From: a virus | Taxonomy: Duplodnaviria > Caudoviricetes | DNA: 64,000 nt | Virus record (IMG/VR): IMGVR_UViG_3300021426_000066 | Strand: one strand, 5' to 3' | Shown here: one piece after another, positions 30,701-41,208 of the stretch | Layout of the letters: each line of letters opens with the position of its first letter | Position numbering within the stretch: the first letter of the stretch is position 1 | Notes under the pieces: generated by a model | Databases searched by the model: none | What the model saw: only the letters and a program-made list of their open reading frames with translations | Told to the model about the DNA's origin: nothing | Made by a program: the position numbers and the translations under genes

Positions 30701-32462
30701 TTCTTTTAACCATTGCTTCAATTTGCTGAGTGACATATTTTGCCATATTTCCATTTACGGTAATAGTTAAAGTACTTGTAGTTTTTGTATATTCAGATTC
30801 TTCCTTAGTCCCGACTTTATCTATTTGAGCAAGTTTCAGTTTACCCCTCCACGTACCATTACCAGTCTTTTTCGACGCTTGGGTATAAGATGAGTCTTGT
30901 CCAGAATTAACAACTTCAATAGTATAAAGTGAAGTGTTTATAATACATTTCACTCTTTGGATTAAAGCACTCTCAACACTACCCAATACCGCAGTACTAG
31001 GATCAAAAACAGCAATAGGAGAGAGATTCGCAACAGTTAACTTAGCAAAAGTTTGCTCCAGGGAATCTGCTGGACTAGATTTTAAATCTGGTACCATTGA
31101 GTCTCTATAGAATGCTTCTAAATCTAATAAGCTATAGAATTGAGATGCTAAAGACTGGTAGCCAATATACTGTGGCTTTAATTCAATAAAATCTTGTACT
31201 GTCTCTTTATTAAAAGTATCTTTACAAAACGCAATTAATTCATTGATTTGATTGACTTCGGTTGTAGTAAAATTATAGATTCCTTTACCGCTTGTACTAT
31301 CACCTTGATACCATAGATTATATTCGTTCTGATAATCTTGGATTTTTTGAACTAATTCAGGTGGCATCTCTGCCATATTTTCATCAGAGAATTGATAGAA
31401 ATAATCACTTCCATTTGGATTTTGATTTACTACGGCAGCATCAAAGAATTCGTCTCCACCTTTAACTTTAAAGCAATTAATCAGATTATCTTTATTTGAA
31501 GATACCTGGGCAGAATTTATTAAGTTATCCCTTGATACAAGTATTTTTGTAAACTTACCATAACCTTCTTTGATATTGGTTGAACCGCATTGAGGACATA
31601 TATGATGAAAATCTCCTCTATATCTGGTAGTAATATTCCTATCTTCTTGCATCTTTAATCTATAACTGCATTCATCATTCAAACAAACCGTATATAGATC
31701 ATAAAGAGAGATAATTCTGTTTTCAGAATCAAATTTAAACAGTACATGATAATTGTCTGCTAAGTCGCCTGTCATGATGTCGTAAACACTGGTATCATCC
31801 CATGTGAATTGATACCAGTCTTTTAATTCGACCAATGTTTGATCTACATGACCAATCGAGTAGTTGGGTAATTTATCTAACAGCCTATGCATAATAGATC
31901 TATGCTTTGTATTATAAAGATTCTTTTTAGCCGCCTCTAAAGCGTCTTTAGCATCTTTATACCCATCATCGTCTGGCGACATATTATCAAAAGCAGCCTG
32001 AACATTAGCTAATTCTGTCTCAGCTTGTGTAGGATCACGGTATAAACGTGTTACGTTATTCTCATCCCATTCTTCATCATAAATCATTTCATCATCTGAA
32101 TTAATTTCGTAAGTATATATTTTAGTATGAGACAGTTCAGACTCACATCTGGAAGTAGCAGTAATAGTTTTATATACACCTTCGTTATCTTCATTTAAAG
32201 TTACTTCTATTTCAAAATAACCATCCTTGCCTAATTGTGGCACATAGAGGTCATTATAATCATTTAATCGATCCCAGTATTTGTTGTAACCAGAATCTAA
32301 ATCTTTATATACTTTGAGGGATAGTTCATCAGGGCCATTAAAATTACGTTTGTAATCAACGTTCCTCCCTTGAATTGCACCTATTTTATAATTATCCTTA
32401 CGGACTAAAACAAATGTAAAATCATCAATTCTGTTATCTTTATTAAAGGATAAACTAGCCAC
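27729..32462 (-). CDS. Tal / baseplate hub-central fibre with C-terminal peptidase S74 chaperone
   Basis: Follows TMP; prophage-tail-endopeptidase-like N-terminus; 'FEVGNWIK' motif; 3-4 beta repeats 'G.LTATGADI.G.IKA..G.IG'; 'SDQRIKTNV…GFMAQDV'. Confidence 0.8.
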   Translation of the reverse strand: MASLSFNKDNRIDDFTFVLVRKDNYKIGAIQGRNVDYKRNFNGPDELSLKVYKDLDSGYNKYWDRLNDYNDLYVPQLGKDGYFEIEVTLNEDNEGVYKTITATSRCESELSHTKIYTYEINSDDEMIYDEEWDENNVTRLYRDPTQAETELANVQAAFDNMSPDDDGYKDAKDALEAAKKNLYNTKHRSIMHRLLDKLPNYSIGHVDQTLVELKDWYQFTWDDTSVYDIMTGDLADNYHVLFKFDSENRIISLYDLYTVCLNDECSYRLKMQEDRNITTRYRGDFHHICPQCGSTNIKEGYGKFTKILVSRDNLINSAQVSSNKDNLINCFKVKGGDEFFDAAVVNQNPNGSDYFYQFSDENMAEMPPELVQKIQDYQNEYNLWYQGDSTSGKGIYNFTTTEVNQINELIAFCKDTFNKETVQDFIELKPQYIGYQSLASQFYSLLDLEAFYRDSMVPDLKSSPADSLEQTFAKLTVANLSPIAVFDPSTAVLGSVESALIQRVKCIINTSLYTIEVVNSGQDSSYTQASKKTGNGTWRGKLKLAQIDKVGTKEESEYTKTTSTLTITVNGNMAKYVTQQIEAMVKRKDTSLEDLNAILTQELDYIKQYDQKPPASLINTFKKKLHEYSLSQLTKIVRPCYSEVLNIVQQQGPKINQIYWDFYNEHLKFMDGDASQGIKGEIPQRTEDLAIIQSVLNKVESYRQQTKDALNFADYLGEDLYKVFCNYRREDSYKNDNYISTELDNSVVMRRAGELIDAAQKELYKASHLQFDVSGNLNNLLALPEFAPIKDDFEVGNWIKMSVDDKLYDLRLLSYSINFDELQSINIDFSTVEKIWSGASDIQSVLQSAGSIAGSYSIVQNKVKENDKSSKLVNEWVNDGLKATMTKFANDPIAQEIVYDSTGFYARGYDDSTGEYLPQQLKIVKNGLYITDDNWNKIRTGVGAFTYVDEHGVTQDAYGVIADTVVGRLVLGQNLVIYNEGGTFKVDEDGLHLKNKAGSEVFSADNDGNLDITGSITATNLTATDAGTIGPWKITKKALYKEGGWKSSTAGSAYLGDEGISVTNKFYVDKTGKLTATGADIQGEIKADTGRIGGTNGFTITTGKMYSGSHSAYNSNVDGVYIGTDYISLGKQGIIYFKYDGTGKIGPWTIDSTSIYKANKTMGTAGAMYFGDNGLSVSNTFKVTSAGALTATGADITGAIKATSGQIGAANATNKITIGTNATHASIYYGMSSLGNTSNNGFYIGTDGIALGKGAFKVTAAGALTATSANIKGTIDATSMKAKDKYYIYMTSTASTGCIDGTVINNSGTDSAGAWRYHDNLGVKVGILDGYYASQGRKVSNILDGQGEKNFIYFNNSDTYEANNGATDNTWYINRKIIFYTDSINFNNAISSNYLKFTDERGIQTELGHNMLRYYNLAVAVGSSNEEMAFWSSNSSRHIQWKNTDYYFAASGSSDQRIKTNVSILSTSYEDLFMSIQPFSFNYLVGDDPNKHLGFMAQDVIKQMDKYGIDSSVYLTSIAKPSEEAQKYVTNGKLYRINYNEFIPFNTFMIQKNRKRIEQLEEQVVALKNTIKELKGE

Positions 32463-32500
32463 TTCTCTTTATCCCTCCTTTCGTTTCTAAAATAATGTAT

Positions 32501-32536
32501 AAAAACAGAACCAGAGATTTGCACTCTGGTCCTGTT
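32501..32536 (-). terminator. Intrinsic terminator after tape measure gene
   Basis: AACAGGACCAGAG-loop-CTCTGGTTCTGTT then TTT on the minus strand. Confidence 0.7.
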
Positions 32537-32550
32537 ACTAAATAATACAA

Positions 32551-35500
32551 TTAATTGTATTTAAACTTACTCAACGAATTTCTACCCATAGCTGCTCCAA
32601 GAGTCATTTCCTGTAATGCATTCTGGAACTGGGTATCTGCAACAAGCTGAGATTTGAATTTATCATAATTCTCAACACCATACAGATTGATAACAAACTG
32701 AACATCACCCATAGACTGGTTGACATTCTGGTTCATATTCTGAACAATAGGTTGAGACATAGCGCTATTGATCATATCAGGAATATTCATTTGAGCAAGT
32801 TTCCAAAGATTTTCACTCATAGCATTAGTAAATACCTTGTCACCTTTACCAAGAGGAGTAAGCATAGCACCATCAGATTTGCGATAGATGACTTCTTGTC
32901 CCTTGTCTTGAGTATAAGCAAGTTGATCCTTTTTAATGTAGGAAGAGCCAGAAGCATAAGTCTTCGCAGTTCCTTTTGCTGTCGAGGGGGCAAAAGCAGA
33001 GGCCAAAGGATTTAAAGCTTGATAAACCGTTGAATTCTTAGATGCTGTAGATGCTTTGGTCAATTTAGCCAATTCAGCAAATAATTTATTTAATTTAACT
33101 TGTAAATCGTTGTATTGTTTGTCAAGATCTGCTTTTTGTGATGCATTCTTTACCACGCGATATTTGTCTCTATTGACTCGCATTTGATTTCGGATATCCT
33201 CAATTTGATCCAATAACGCCCGCTCTTTAGCTTTGTCCACTTGTGTAGTATTTTTAGAGTTTGTGGATATAACTCCTTTATTTTGTTTTGTTATCGCTGC
33301 AAAAACAGCGTCTGCTTGTCGCTGAGTGTCTTCAGTCAACTCTGCTTTGTCTGCTTTCGGTCTAGCGGGACGATCAGCTCCATCCTTGGCTTTTCTTAAG
33401 TCGCTAACTTTTGTAACAACAGCATCAAAACTACCTTTAAGACTCTTATTAACAAAATCCTTTTGAACTTGTGTTAAACTATCATAATATTGTTTCAACT
33501 CATTAACGGAAGCTTCATCATCTAATGTAATTTGATTTTGATTCAGCTTATTAACTAAACCTTCAGCCCTTGTTTCAAACTTTGTAGCAGCTTCTCTATC
33601 AGGTTGTTGAGCAATATATGTTTGCAACTGTTTAAAGATATCGTTCAATAAAGAAGCAGTAGTTGTTTGATCACCATTAAGAGTTAACGCAGAAGTCAGC
33701 GCACTAGATAAGCTATCAACCTTTCCACCAAGTCCGCTCTCTAAGCTATTTAAAGTTTGTACGGTAGACTTAGCAAATTCAGTACTACCAAAGTTATTGA
33801 TATTACCTGCCAAAACTTGAGCCGCTTCTTTAATAACAGCATCACGATCCTTCATATGAGACTCAATCCATTCTTGGAAATTGTTAGATAAATCATCTAA
33901 CATCTTCTGTGAATCAGAAAGGTATTTATCATATTGCTGATCAGATTGATTCTGTCTAGCTTCTTTTAAATCAGCACGAAGTTTCTGGACTCTTGCAACA
34001 GCTTCTTCGGAAGTATTACCTTCAAAAGCGGCTAATTGCTTCTCAAGATTGGTAATATTTTTACTTGACTCAGAAATCTGTTTCTGATAGTCATAAGCAT
34101 CTTTTTCAGCATTCTTTAATTCTTTATACTTATCAATGGTCTTATTGAGATAGGAGAGTTGTGATTCATAAGCTTGTCTAACTAAGTCAATAATAGCCTG
34201 TTTCTCAGCTTCAGTAGCCTCAACGCTTTCCCAATATGCATCGGTCAGTTGTTCAAGTCTATCTCTTACATCTTTATCTGCAATATCATCTTGTTGAGAT
34301 TCGATTCGCTTTTGTAATGCACCAATTTCTTCCGCATACTTTTGCGTTTCCGCAATGAGAGAAGAGTAATTGGCAGTATGCAGGTCTAATGATGCAAGTC
34401 CATATTCAGTAATTTGACCTCTATTATCATCATCAAATAATGTTTGATTTGCAAGGATATTCTGATAATGTTGAATTTCTGCATTAAATCTCTTTACAGC
34501 AGCCATGCCATCATCAAATTCAGTCCATTTTAATTGACGTTTCGCCTTGGATAATTCAATAATGGATTCTGTCAGAGACTCAATATCATTGGTGAAGCCA
34601 TTAATTTCTGCTAATGAAGATGCATAGTCTGGAGTACCAGGTACTAAATCACCACTCTCAACTCGTGCATTGAATTTATCAATAGCTTTTGCACGATTGC
34701 TAAGCAATAACTCCATATTACGATTAGACATTTGAAGTTGCTCATCATAATCAGACTCTTGTGCATAATAACCTTGAGTTCCTGCTAAACTGATATGATT
34801 CTTAGCACGAGTAATACGTTGCTCATTACTATCTGTTGTATTATATGCAAAACGATTTTTATCTGTTTGATGTAAAGAGTAGGTACTTGCACCATTGCCT
34901 AATCTGGATTGTGCATTATAATCAGCTTCATCACGGAAGTTCTTTACTTCTTCGTATGCTCTGGCAGAATTTTCTTTCTTCTGCGCTTCCATAGCCATAT
35001 CATAAGCATATTGAGCGGATTTTTCAGCTTCGAGCCATTCGTTATATCTAATGCATTGTTCCATAAAATTATCAGAAATCTTGCCTTTAGAATAGAGATC
35101 TGCAAGTTTATCCATATTAGGAATGGCTTGTCCATCATGTGCTGCCTGAAGTGCCTTGTTAACTTCGGTTTCGTCTTTTCCAGACAGGCCCATACTCTTA
35201 AGATTAGTTATACTGATTGTATTCCCAAGATCCTTGCGTTGGTTCATCCAGTATGTAAGCCGCTTTTGAGCATTAGCCGTAATATTCCTTTGAATACCAA
35301 TTTCTTGATCCAATAAGGTATTCTTTTCCACAGCAGTGGTACGATTTTCCTTCTGAGACTCTTTTAAAGAAATATCATTGTTGTACGCTTGTTCAATATT
35401 CTCATAAAGAGAATTAGTGTTATTCGTTCTGCTTGCCGCATTTTCAGCATAAGCTGCAACTTCCTCTAAACGGGCAGCTTGCAAATTTGCAACTGTCTGA

Positions 35501-38500
35501 TTATAGGCGATTAATCTAGCAGCTGCCTCTGGAGAAGTCTTTTGGATTTTAGAAATAGTATCCTCAGGAATCAACTGACCTTTATCAACATATTTCTTGA
35601 TATCTTTTAAATACGTCTTAGAAAGTTTATCAACAGCCTTTTTCAGATTCTTTTTATTCTTACCCTTAGCAGTTTTGTTGATATAAGACTTGGCATCTTT
35701 AAAAGCTCTCTTAGCCTGTTTACCATATTTGTCTCTCTGACTGACAAGCATTTTAGTTTCATTACCATATGCTTTATCAGCAATATCTAGATCTGCATTA
35801 GAGGCATTGACTAACATATTGCTATAAGAAGCGTCTGTATCATTAGTCGCTTGGAATCCACCAGTCTTAATTTGGGTAAGAGTCTTAGATCTTTCAATAC
35901 GAGCATCACGTTCTGCGTCACGAACTTCTTTAAGAGACTTGACCTGTTCACGAAGCTGTTCGTTAAGTTCTTCCATAGCTTTTTCAGCTTCATGACCCTT
36001 TTCGTACCATTCTTTGTAAAGGTTAATGGCTTCGGATAAACGTGCTACACCTTTTTCTGATAATTTGTGACCGCTTAAGTCCTTCTTGTTTTTAATTAAT
36101 TGGTCGATATCTTTCTGACTTTTGATTTCACCATTTTGAACAAGAGCTTTGTATTTCTTTTCTTCGCCTTTGGTAATCAGTCCTTTAGACCTTGCAGTTT
36201 TCATTGCTTTATTAGCAAAACTATAATAATACTGACTACCACGGTCTTCGTTACCAATCTGTTTATAAATCTCAGAAATAGCATTGTGATAATTAGCGGC
36301 TGCTATGTCGTAAAGATCTTTTGTCTTCTTTGCGGTATCCTCATAAAAATTCAAAATACCAGTACTCGCAGCATCAGCGGCTTTGTCAAGGGCTGCTTCA
36401 GCTTTGGAAGAGTAGGATTCAATCTTATCTGTAGTGCGAGAAATTTTTACTTCAATCCAATCAAAGATATTTTCAAATAGCTTTTTGAATTTCTCAAGTT
36501 TTTTGTCGGTGTCGTCTTTTTTGTTGTTCTTCTTACTATCACCCTTTTTGCCAGGAGTGGTTTTCTTTGATGTCGAAGAATCATCATCTGTAGAACCAGT
36601 TTTTACTCTCTTTTTTCGTTTAACTGGGCCGTCAGCAAAGGCCGTACCACCTGTTCCACCAGCAAAGGCCATTTGTCCACGAGAATTAATATGACCATTT
36701 TTAAGAAGTTCCTCTGTTTGTTTATGGTTAAAAATTATATCGCCTTTACGAACTTCATTAAATTCTGCTCCATCCTGTCCTAATAATTCCCAACGAGAAC
36801 CACGAACACGCAATTCGGGACCAAGCTCACCAGTAAGAGCCGGTTCAGTTTTCTTCGCCCCAATATCACCACGAGCATCAGCACGACCAAATATTGAAAA
36901 CTTAGCAGTACCTTGTGAAAAATGAGCCGTTCCTTGGTACTTCGGACCTGTTCCGCCACTATTGTTAAGATTGGGAACATTACCCTCTTGTGTAATTTTG
37001 ATTTTTACTTCTTTATCTTCAAGTAAATTAATTTTATCTTTTAAAGAATCAACATGCGTGGACGCTGTTGAAATATACCCACTTAAAGCTATAAATCCCA
37101 AACTGCCGACAGAGGGGGTAGAAGAGATCTGGCTACCTAAATTGCTGGCTTTCCCGGTTACAGTATCAATATTACCACCTAAAGCTTCATAAGCTTGCTG
37201 AACCGGGCCAAGCACTGCATCATCGACCTTTAATGCTTGGTTTAATGAATCTCCACTCTGTGCTATAGCTGTATTAAATGCTTCCATCGATCCTTCTTCA
37301 AGGCCCAAAGAAACTTTTATTTCAGGATGTTGATTTTGGTAATCTAAAACCGCTTGAGCAGCTTGATCAGCAGATGATTGGGCTTCTTCAACTTCTTGAT
37401 GACTTCCAGTACCATTATTGGATCTATGTTTGGCTATTTTATATGCATCAGATGCTTGTTGAGCAAGTTGTATTAATTGAACATATTCTGCTGTAGTATC
37501 ATCCAACTGAGAAGTATCTACTTTCATAATAGCGGGCTGTTCAAGTTCGACCTTTTTAGCATAAATAAAATCTATTTCAGCCAATACTGCTTTATATGCT
37601 TCGGGGTCAATTTCAACACCCATTTCAATCATTTCAGATTTTTGCTGTTCTAATTGACCTAAGGTTTGATCAGCTTGCCAAGCGGTAGCTATAGTATCTG
37701 GTATTTCTACTTGAGTTTGTGTACCAAAACTGTTCGCCTGTTCGTTTAGCTGAGCTAATTCTTCAGGAGTTTTAAAGTCTTTGGCGAGAATTTCTAATTG
37801 CGCAAGTTGTACTTTTGCATTTTTTATCAATTCTCCCCATGTTTTCCATTCTTCGCTACCTTTTGTTAATTTTTCTTGGTACTCTTCCATATAAGCGATA
37901 TTTTCTTTTAACGCTTGTGGGTCATTCGTATAAGTACCACCTTGTTCAGGATTACCCCAGCCTGCATCAGCCATGCTAGATAACATTTCTTGCACAAGGG
38001 CTGACCCCATTCCTTCATATCCATATTTGTTCTTGGTATATTCAGACATTATATGGGTAAACAATTCATCATTATATACTTCAAAACCACCATCACCGGT
38101 CAGCCAATCATTTAAACCATATTCTTTCAAAGCGTTCAAAGCGTCTGTAAAGAAATTATCTATGCCAACCGTATCTTCAGTTAGATACCTTTTTGCCATT
38201 TTTTGGACATTTTCATAAAAACTGTCTTCCATAATGGCATCAGAATTTTCAACACCAGTTAATAAAGTGGCATAAGATTGGTAATCATCTTTTCCAACCC
38301 AACCTTTTTTATGAAGATCTTCAAATCCGCTCCAACCACCAGTAATACTATTATAAACATCACTTGGATTAGCAGATTGAGAAGCTTCATTCCATGCGTT
38401 CAAAGCATTTACTGTTGATAATAATTCGTCACGATATCTCGCCCAAGATGAGATATTATCTTGAATTGCAGCTTGACTTTCAGATAAAGATACAATTTGA

Positions 38501-41208
38501 TTATTAATAGCTTGTGCTGCTTCATCTGTCGCATAATCTTGATCCCGTAAACGTTGATTGAGTCTTTCAATTTCGGCTTCATTATTAAGATACTGTTCAA
38601 ATAGTTCTTTTTGTTCATCAGTTAACTGCTTGGCAGCACTTATTTTTTCTTGTCTTTGTAATTCTTTAGCTTTATCTGTATTTAGTTGAATGCCAGTAGC
38701 CGTTTCAATTAAAGCATCTTTATAAGCTGAATTAGAAGCAATCAATGCATCAAGAGAATCTTTTGAGATATAACCTTGCTTCTCTTGTTCGGAGACCGCT
38801 GTATTAAAAGCAGACATGGATGTAGATATGTTAGATATCGATTTTTCTATAGCATTTTTAAATTCATTAAATCTTTCCTCTGCACCCTGAACAGAATCAT
38901 CAATTATTAAACCTAATTCACCAAACAAAGCTATGGCTTCTTCAATATTATCAACTAATCCCCAGTCTATAGCCATATTAGATAAACCACGAATAGCTTG
39001 TAACGCTGGATCAGTTACTGCCTCATTCCAATCGATATTCGTTAATTCACTAACGGTTTTATCTTTAATTCCAGATACAATATCACCAAATTGTTTTTCG
39101 ATATGCTCGGGAAACATTTGTTTCAAAAAATCGTTAATATCAAATTGAAGTATATCTGTAACGGAAGCATCCCTTAACCAAGATGTATAATCTATACCTA
39201 AACCACGTAATTGTTGTCCGTAATTTTGTGTAATATTATGAACAGATTGTTTAATTAATTCACCATTAGCAGTAATATCTAATGATTCTCTTAATAAATC
39301 AATTGTATCTTGATCAAGATGAAATGTAGAAGCTAATTGTTGCAGATATTCATTCATAGTATCTGAATATTCTGTTTGCTTTATTTTTGTGTAATCAGGA
39401 GTTAGCAAATTTTGCATGATTTCACCAATATCATTATCTTTAGTAAAATCAGTGCGTCGCAATGTTGCAAACATAGATTCAAATTGTAAATCACTAATTC
39501 CAACATTAGAAGCTATCGTTTCCAAATTACCCAACGCAGCTACTAATTCTTCATTACCTTCATCGATTGAACCAACAAGGAGGCTATAATTATCTCTCAA
39601 CGAGGTTTGAGCTTTCCCAATTTGTTCGCCAACTTTTTCTAAATCAGCCAGTATTTGTTGAGCTTCAGAATCACTATCAAGAGAGTATTTATACATACCC
39701 AAATAGTTACCCATATCATCATACATAGGTGTTTCTTCACCTTTGGCTTCTTTAGCTTGAAGTTGTTTATATCTATCTTGTAATTCTTTACGCTTGTTAA
39801 CTAATTCTTTATAAGATTCTTGACCACCCGCTGTAAGTGTTTCACCAGTTTCTTTTTGAATATTTTCTCTAGCTTGGTCCCTTAACGCTTCTTGTTTAGC
39901 AAGAGATAATTCTTTGTATTTATCAATTTGTGCTTGTATTTGATCATTCGTTGCTATAATAGCCTGACCCTCTGCATCATATCCCACAATCAATTCAGGA
40001 CTTTGATCAGCAATTTGTTGACGAATCTTAAAATACTCATCTGAACCGACTTCAGCTTCTTTATATTGATCTAAAAGAGATTGTAACGAAGAAGCATTAT
40101 CATCATAATCTGATTTCTCGTCTTTAATTGCTTGAACACGCTTGGCATCTTGCTCAATCATCCTCTCATTTCGCTTAATAATTGCATCGGTAGAAGTAGC
40201 TATTTCATCATAAATTTTTTTAACTGCATATATAGCCAACGCGGCAGCAGCAATGAGCGCAAAAGTTTTTACGAGTTGAAGATTCTGATTAACCACATTA
40301 CCAGCAGCTACTTCTAAACTGGTCATATCTTTTATAGCTTCATCGGCAAAACCCGCTTTAGGAAATAATTTCATCATTGCATCTTGAGTCGCCGCGAAAT
40401 TACCACCATTAAGCGCAGATATATTACTAAGCATTGAATATGCTTGCAATCCCCTTAAGCTAGGGATGCTTAACCCTCCCCCAGCTTTTAGCATTCCAAA
40501 CAGACCACCGCCAAGACCTTTAAGACCCATAACACCGAATGTTGTAGCTACTAATGCTTTTACAGGTCCAATATTATCTGCTAATTCGTTAAATGCTTCA
40601 GCTAAGTTTATTACAAAATCTAAAATACCTTTGGTCGCATCAGAATTATATAAATCGATCCAGAAAGAATCCATCTCAGTACGAATCTTTTGCGTTTTTC
40701 CAGCAATAGACTCTTCATATTTTTCCTGATTCTCTAAAGCACTTCCTTGGCTATTTGTAGCTTGTTCAGCTAATTGCATTGAATCAGTCCATGCCATAAG
40801 GATATTCTTAAACTTTGATGTCTGTCTTGTCGCCGCAATGTTAAATGCGATATTCGCCTGCTGTGCATCACTTAAACCATCCCATTTTTCACGAAGCTGA
40901 GTAAGGATGGTGATCATATCGTTCATTTCGCCACTTGGCTTATATACCTGTACACCCACAGCAGCTAACGATTCAGACGCTTTAGAAACTGTAGAGCTAT
41001 CAATTTCTTCGGCATATTGAGGCATTTTATTAACCTTAGAGATACGAGTAATGATAGTTTTCATTGCATTACCAATTGAACTACCATCTTCACGAGTTCT
41101 CTCTGCAACCTTAGCCGAAATAGCAGCTAATTGCTCAAATGACATGCCAGCATCATGAGCAACCTGACCTGTAGCTGTAACTGCTTGTGTAATAACACCG
41201 ATACCTTT
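32551..41208 (-). CDS. Exon 2 of tape measure protein (TP901-family core; spliced length 3638 aa)
   Basis: Frame open from 41208 (KGIGVITQAV…DAG MSFEQL); 'TREDGSSIGNAMKTIITRI' TMP core; long coiled coils; two 'GELGPEL…KGD.IF'-type motifs. Confidence 0.9.
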   Translation of the reverse strand, partial: KGIGVITQAVTATGQVAHDAGMSFEQLAAISAKVAERTREDGSSIGNAMKTIITRISKVNKMPQYAEEIDSSTVSKASESLAAVGVQVYKPSGEMNDMITILTQLREKWDGLSDAQQANIAFNIAATRQTSKFKNILMAWTDSMQLAEQATNSQGSALENQEKYEESIAGKTQKIRTEMDSFWIDLYNSDATKGILDFVINLAEAFNELADNIGPVKALVATTFGVMGLKGLGGGLFGMLKAGGGLSIPSLRGLQAYSMLSNISALNGGNFAATQDAMMKLFPKAGFADEAIKDMTSLEVAAGNVVNQNLQLVKTFALIAAAALAIYAVKKIYDEIATSTDAIIKRNERMIEQDAKRVQAIKDEKSDYDDNASSLQSLLDQYKEAEVGSDEYFKIRQQIADQSPELIVGYDAEGQAIIATNDQIQAQIDKYKELSLAKQEALRDQARENIQKETGETLTAGGQESYKELVNKRKELQDRYKQLQAKEAKGEETPMYDDMGNYLGMYKYSLDSDSEAQQILADLEKVGEQIGKAQTSLRDNYSLLVGSIDEGNEELVAALGNLETIASNVGISDLQFESMFATLRRTDFTKDNDIGEIMQNLLTPDYTKIKQTEYSDTMNEYLQQLASTFHLDQDTIDLLRESLDITANGELIKQSVHNITQNYGQQLRGLGIDYTSWLRDASVTDILQFDINDFLKQMFPEHIEKQFGDIVSGIKDKTVSELTNIDWNEAVTDPALQAIRGLSNMAIDWGLVDNIEEAIALFGELGLIIDDSVQGAEERFNEFKNAIEKSISNISTSMSAFNTAVSEQEKQGYISKDSLDALIASNSAYKDALIETATGIQLNTDKAKELQRQEKISAAKQLTDEQKELFEQYLNNEAEIERLNQRLRDQDYATDEAAQAINNQIVSLSESQAAIQDNISSWARYRDELLSTVNALNAWNEASQSANPSDVYNSITGGWSGFEDLHKKGWVGKDDYQSYATLLTGVENSDAIMEDSFYENVQKMAKRYLTEDTVGIDNFFTDALNALKEYGLNDWLTGDGGFEVYNDELFTHIMSEYTKNKYGYEGMGSALVQEMLSSMADAGWGNPEQGGTYTNDPQALKENIAYMEEYQEKLTKGSEEWKTWGELIKNAKVQLAQLEILAKDFKTPEELAQLNEQANSFGTQTQVEIPDTIATAWQADQTLGQLEQQKSEMIEMGVEIDPEAYKAVLAEIDFIYAKKVELEQPAIMKVDTSQLDDTTAEYVQLIQLAQQASDAYKIAKHRSNNGTGSHQEVEEAQSSADQAAQAVLDYQNQHPEIKVSLGLEEGSMEAFNTAIAQSGDSLNQALKVDDAVLGPVQQAYEALGGNIDTVTGKASNLGSQISSTPSVGSLGFIALSGYISTASTHVDSLKDKINLLEDKEVKIKITQEGNVPNLNNSGGTGPKYQGTAHFSQGTAKFSIFGRADARGDIGAKKTEPALTGELGPELRVRGSRWELLGQDGAEFNEVRKGDIIFNHKQTEELLKNGHINSRGQMAFAGGTGGTAFADGPVKRKKRVKTGSTDDDSSTSKKTTPGKKGDSKKNNKKDDTDKKLEKFKKLFENIFDWIEVKISRTTDKIESYSSKAEAALDKAADAASTGILNFYEDTAKKTKDLYDIAAANYHNAISEIYKQIGNEDRGSQYYYSFANKAMKTARSKGLITKGEEKKYKALVQNGEIKSQKDIDQLIKNKKDLSGHKLSEKGVARLSEAINLYKEWYEKGHEAEKAMEELNEQLREQVKSLKEVRDAERDARIERSKTLTQIKTGGFQATNDTDASYSNMLVNASNADLDIADKAYGNETKMLVSQRDKYGKQAKRAFKDAKSYINKTAKGKNKKNLKKAVDKLSKTYLKDIKKYVDKGQLIPEDTISKIQKTSPEAAARLIAYNQTVANLQAARLEEVAAYAENAASRTNNTNSLYENIEQAYNNDISLKESQKENRTTAVEKNTLLDQEIGIQRNITANAQKRLTYWMNQRKDLGNTISITNLKSMGLSGKDETEVNKALQAAHDGQAIPNMDKLADLYSKGKISDNFMEQCIRYNEWLEAEKSAQYAYDMAMEAQKKENSARAYEEVKNFRDEADYNAQSRLGNGASTYSLHQTDKNRFAYNTTDSNEQRITRAKNHISLAGTQGYYAQESDYDEQLQMSNRNMELLLSNRAKAIDKFNARVESGDLVPGTPDYASSLAEINGFTNDIESLTESIIELSKAKRQLKWTEFDDGMAAVKRFNAEIQHYQNILANQTLFDDDNRGQITEYGLASLDLHTANYSSLIAETQKYAEEIGALQKRIESQQDDIADKDVRDRLEQLTDAYWESVEATEAEKQAIIDLVRQAYESQLSYLNKTIDKYKELKNAEKDAYDYQKQISESSKNITNLEKQLAAFEGNTSEEAVARVQKLRADLKEARQNQSDQQYDKYLSDSQKMLDDLSNNFQEWIESHMKDRDAVIKEAAQVLAGNINNFGSTEFAKSTVQTLNSLESGLGGKVDSLSSALTSALTLNGDQTTTASLLNDIFKQLQTYIAQQPDREAATKFETRAEGLVNKLNQNQITLDDEASVNELKQYYDSLTQVQKDFVNKSLKGSFDAVVTKVSDLRKAKDGADRPARPKADKAELTEDTQRQADAVFAAITKQNKGVISTNSKNTTQVDKAKERALLDQIEDIRNQMRVNRDKYRVVKNASQKADLDKQYNDLQVKLNKLFAELAKLTKASTASKNSTVYQALNPLASAFAPSTAKGTAKTYASGSSYIKKDQLAYTQDKGQEVIYRKSDGAMLTPLGKGDKVFTNAMSENLWKLAQMNIPDMINSAMSQPIVQNMNQNVNQSMGDVQFVINLYGVENYDKFKSQLVADTQFQNALQEMTLGAAMGRNSLSKFKYN

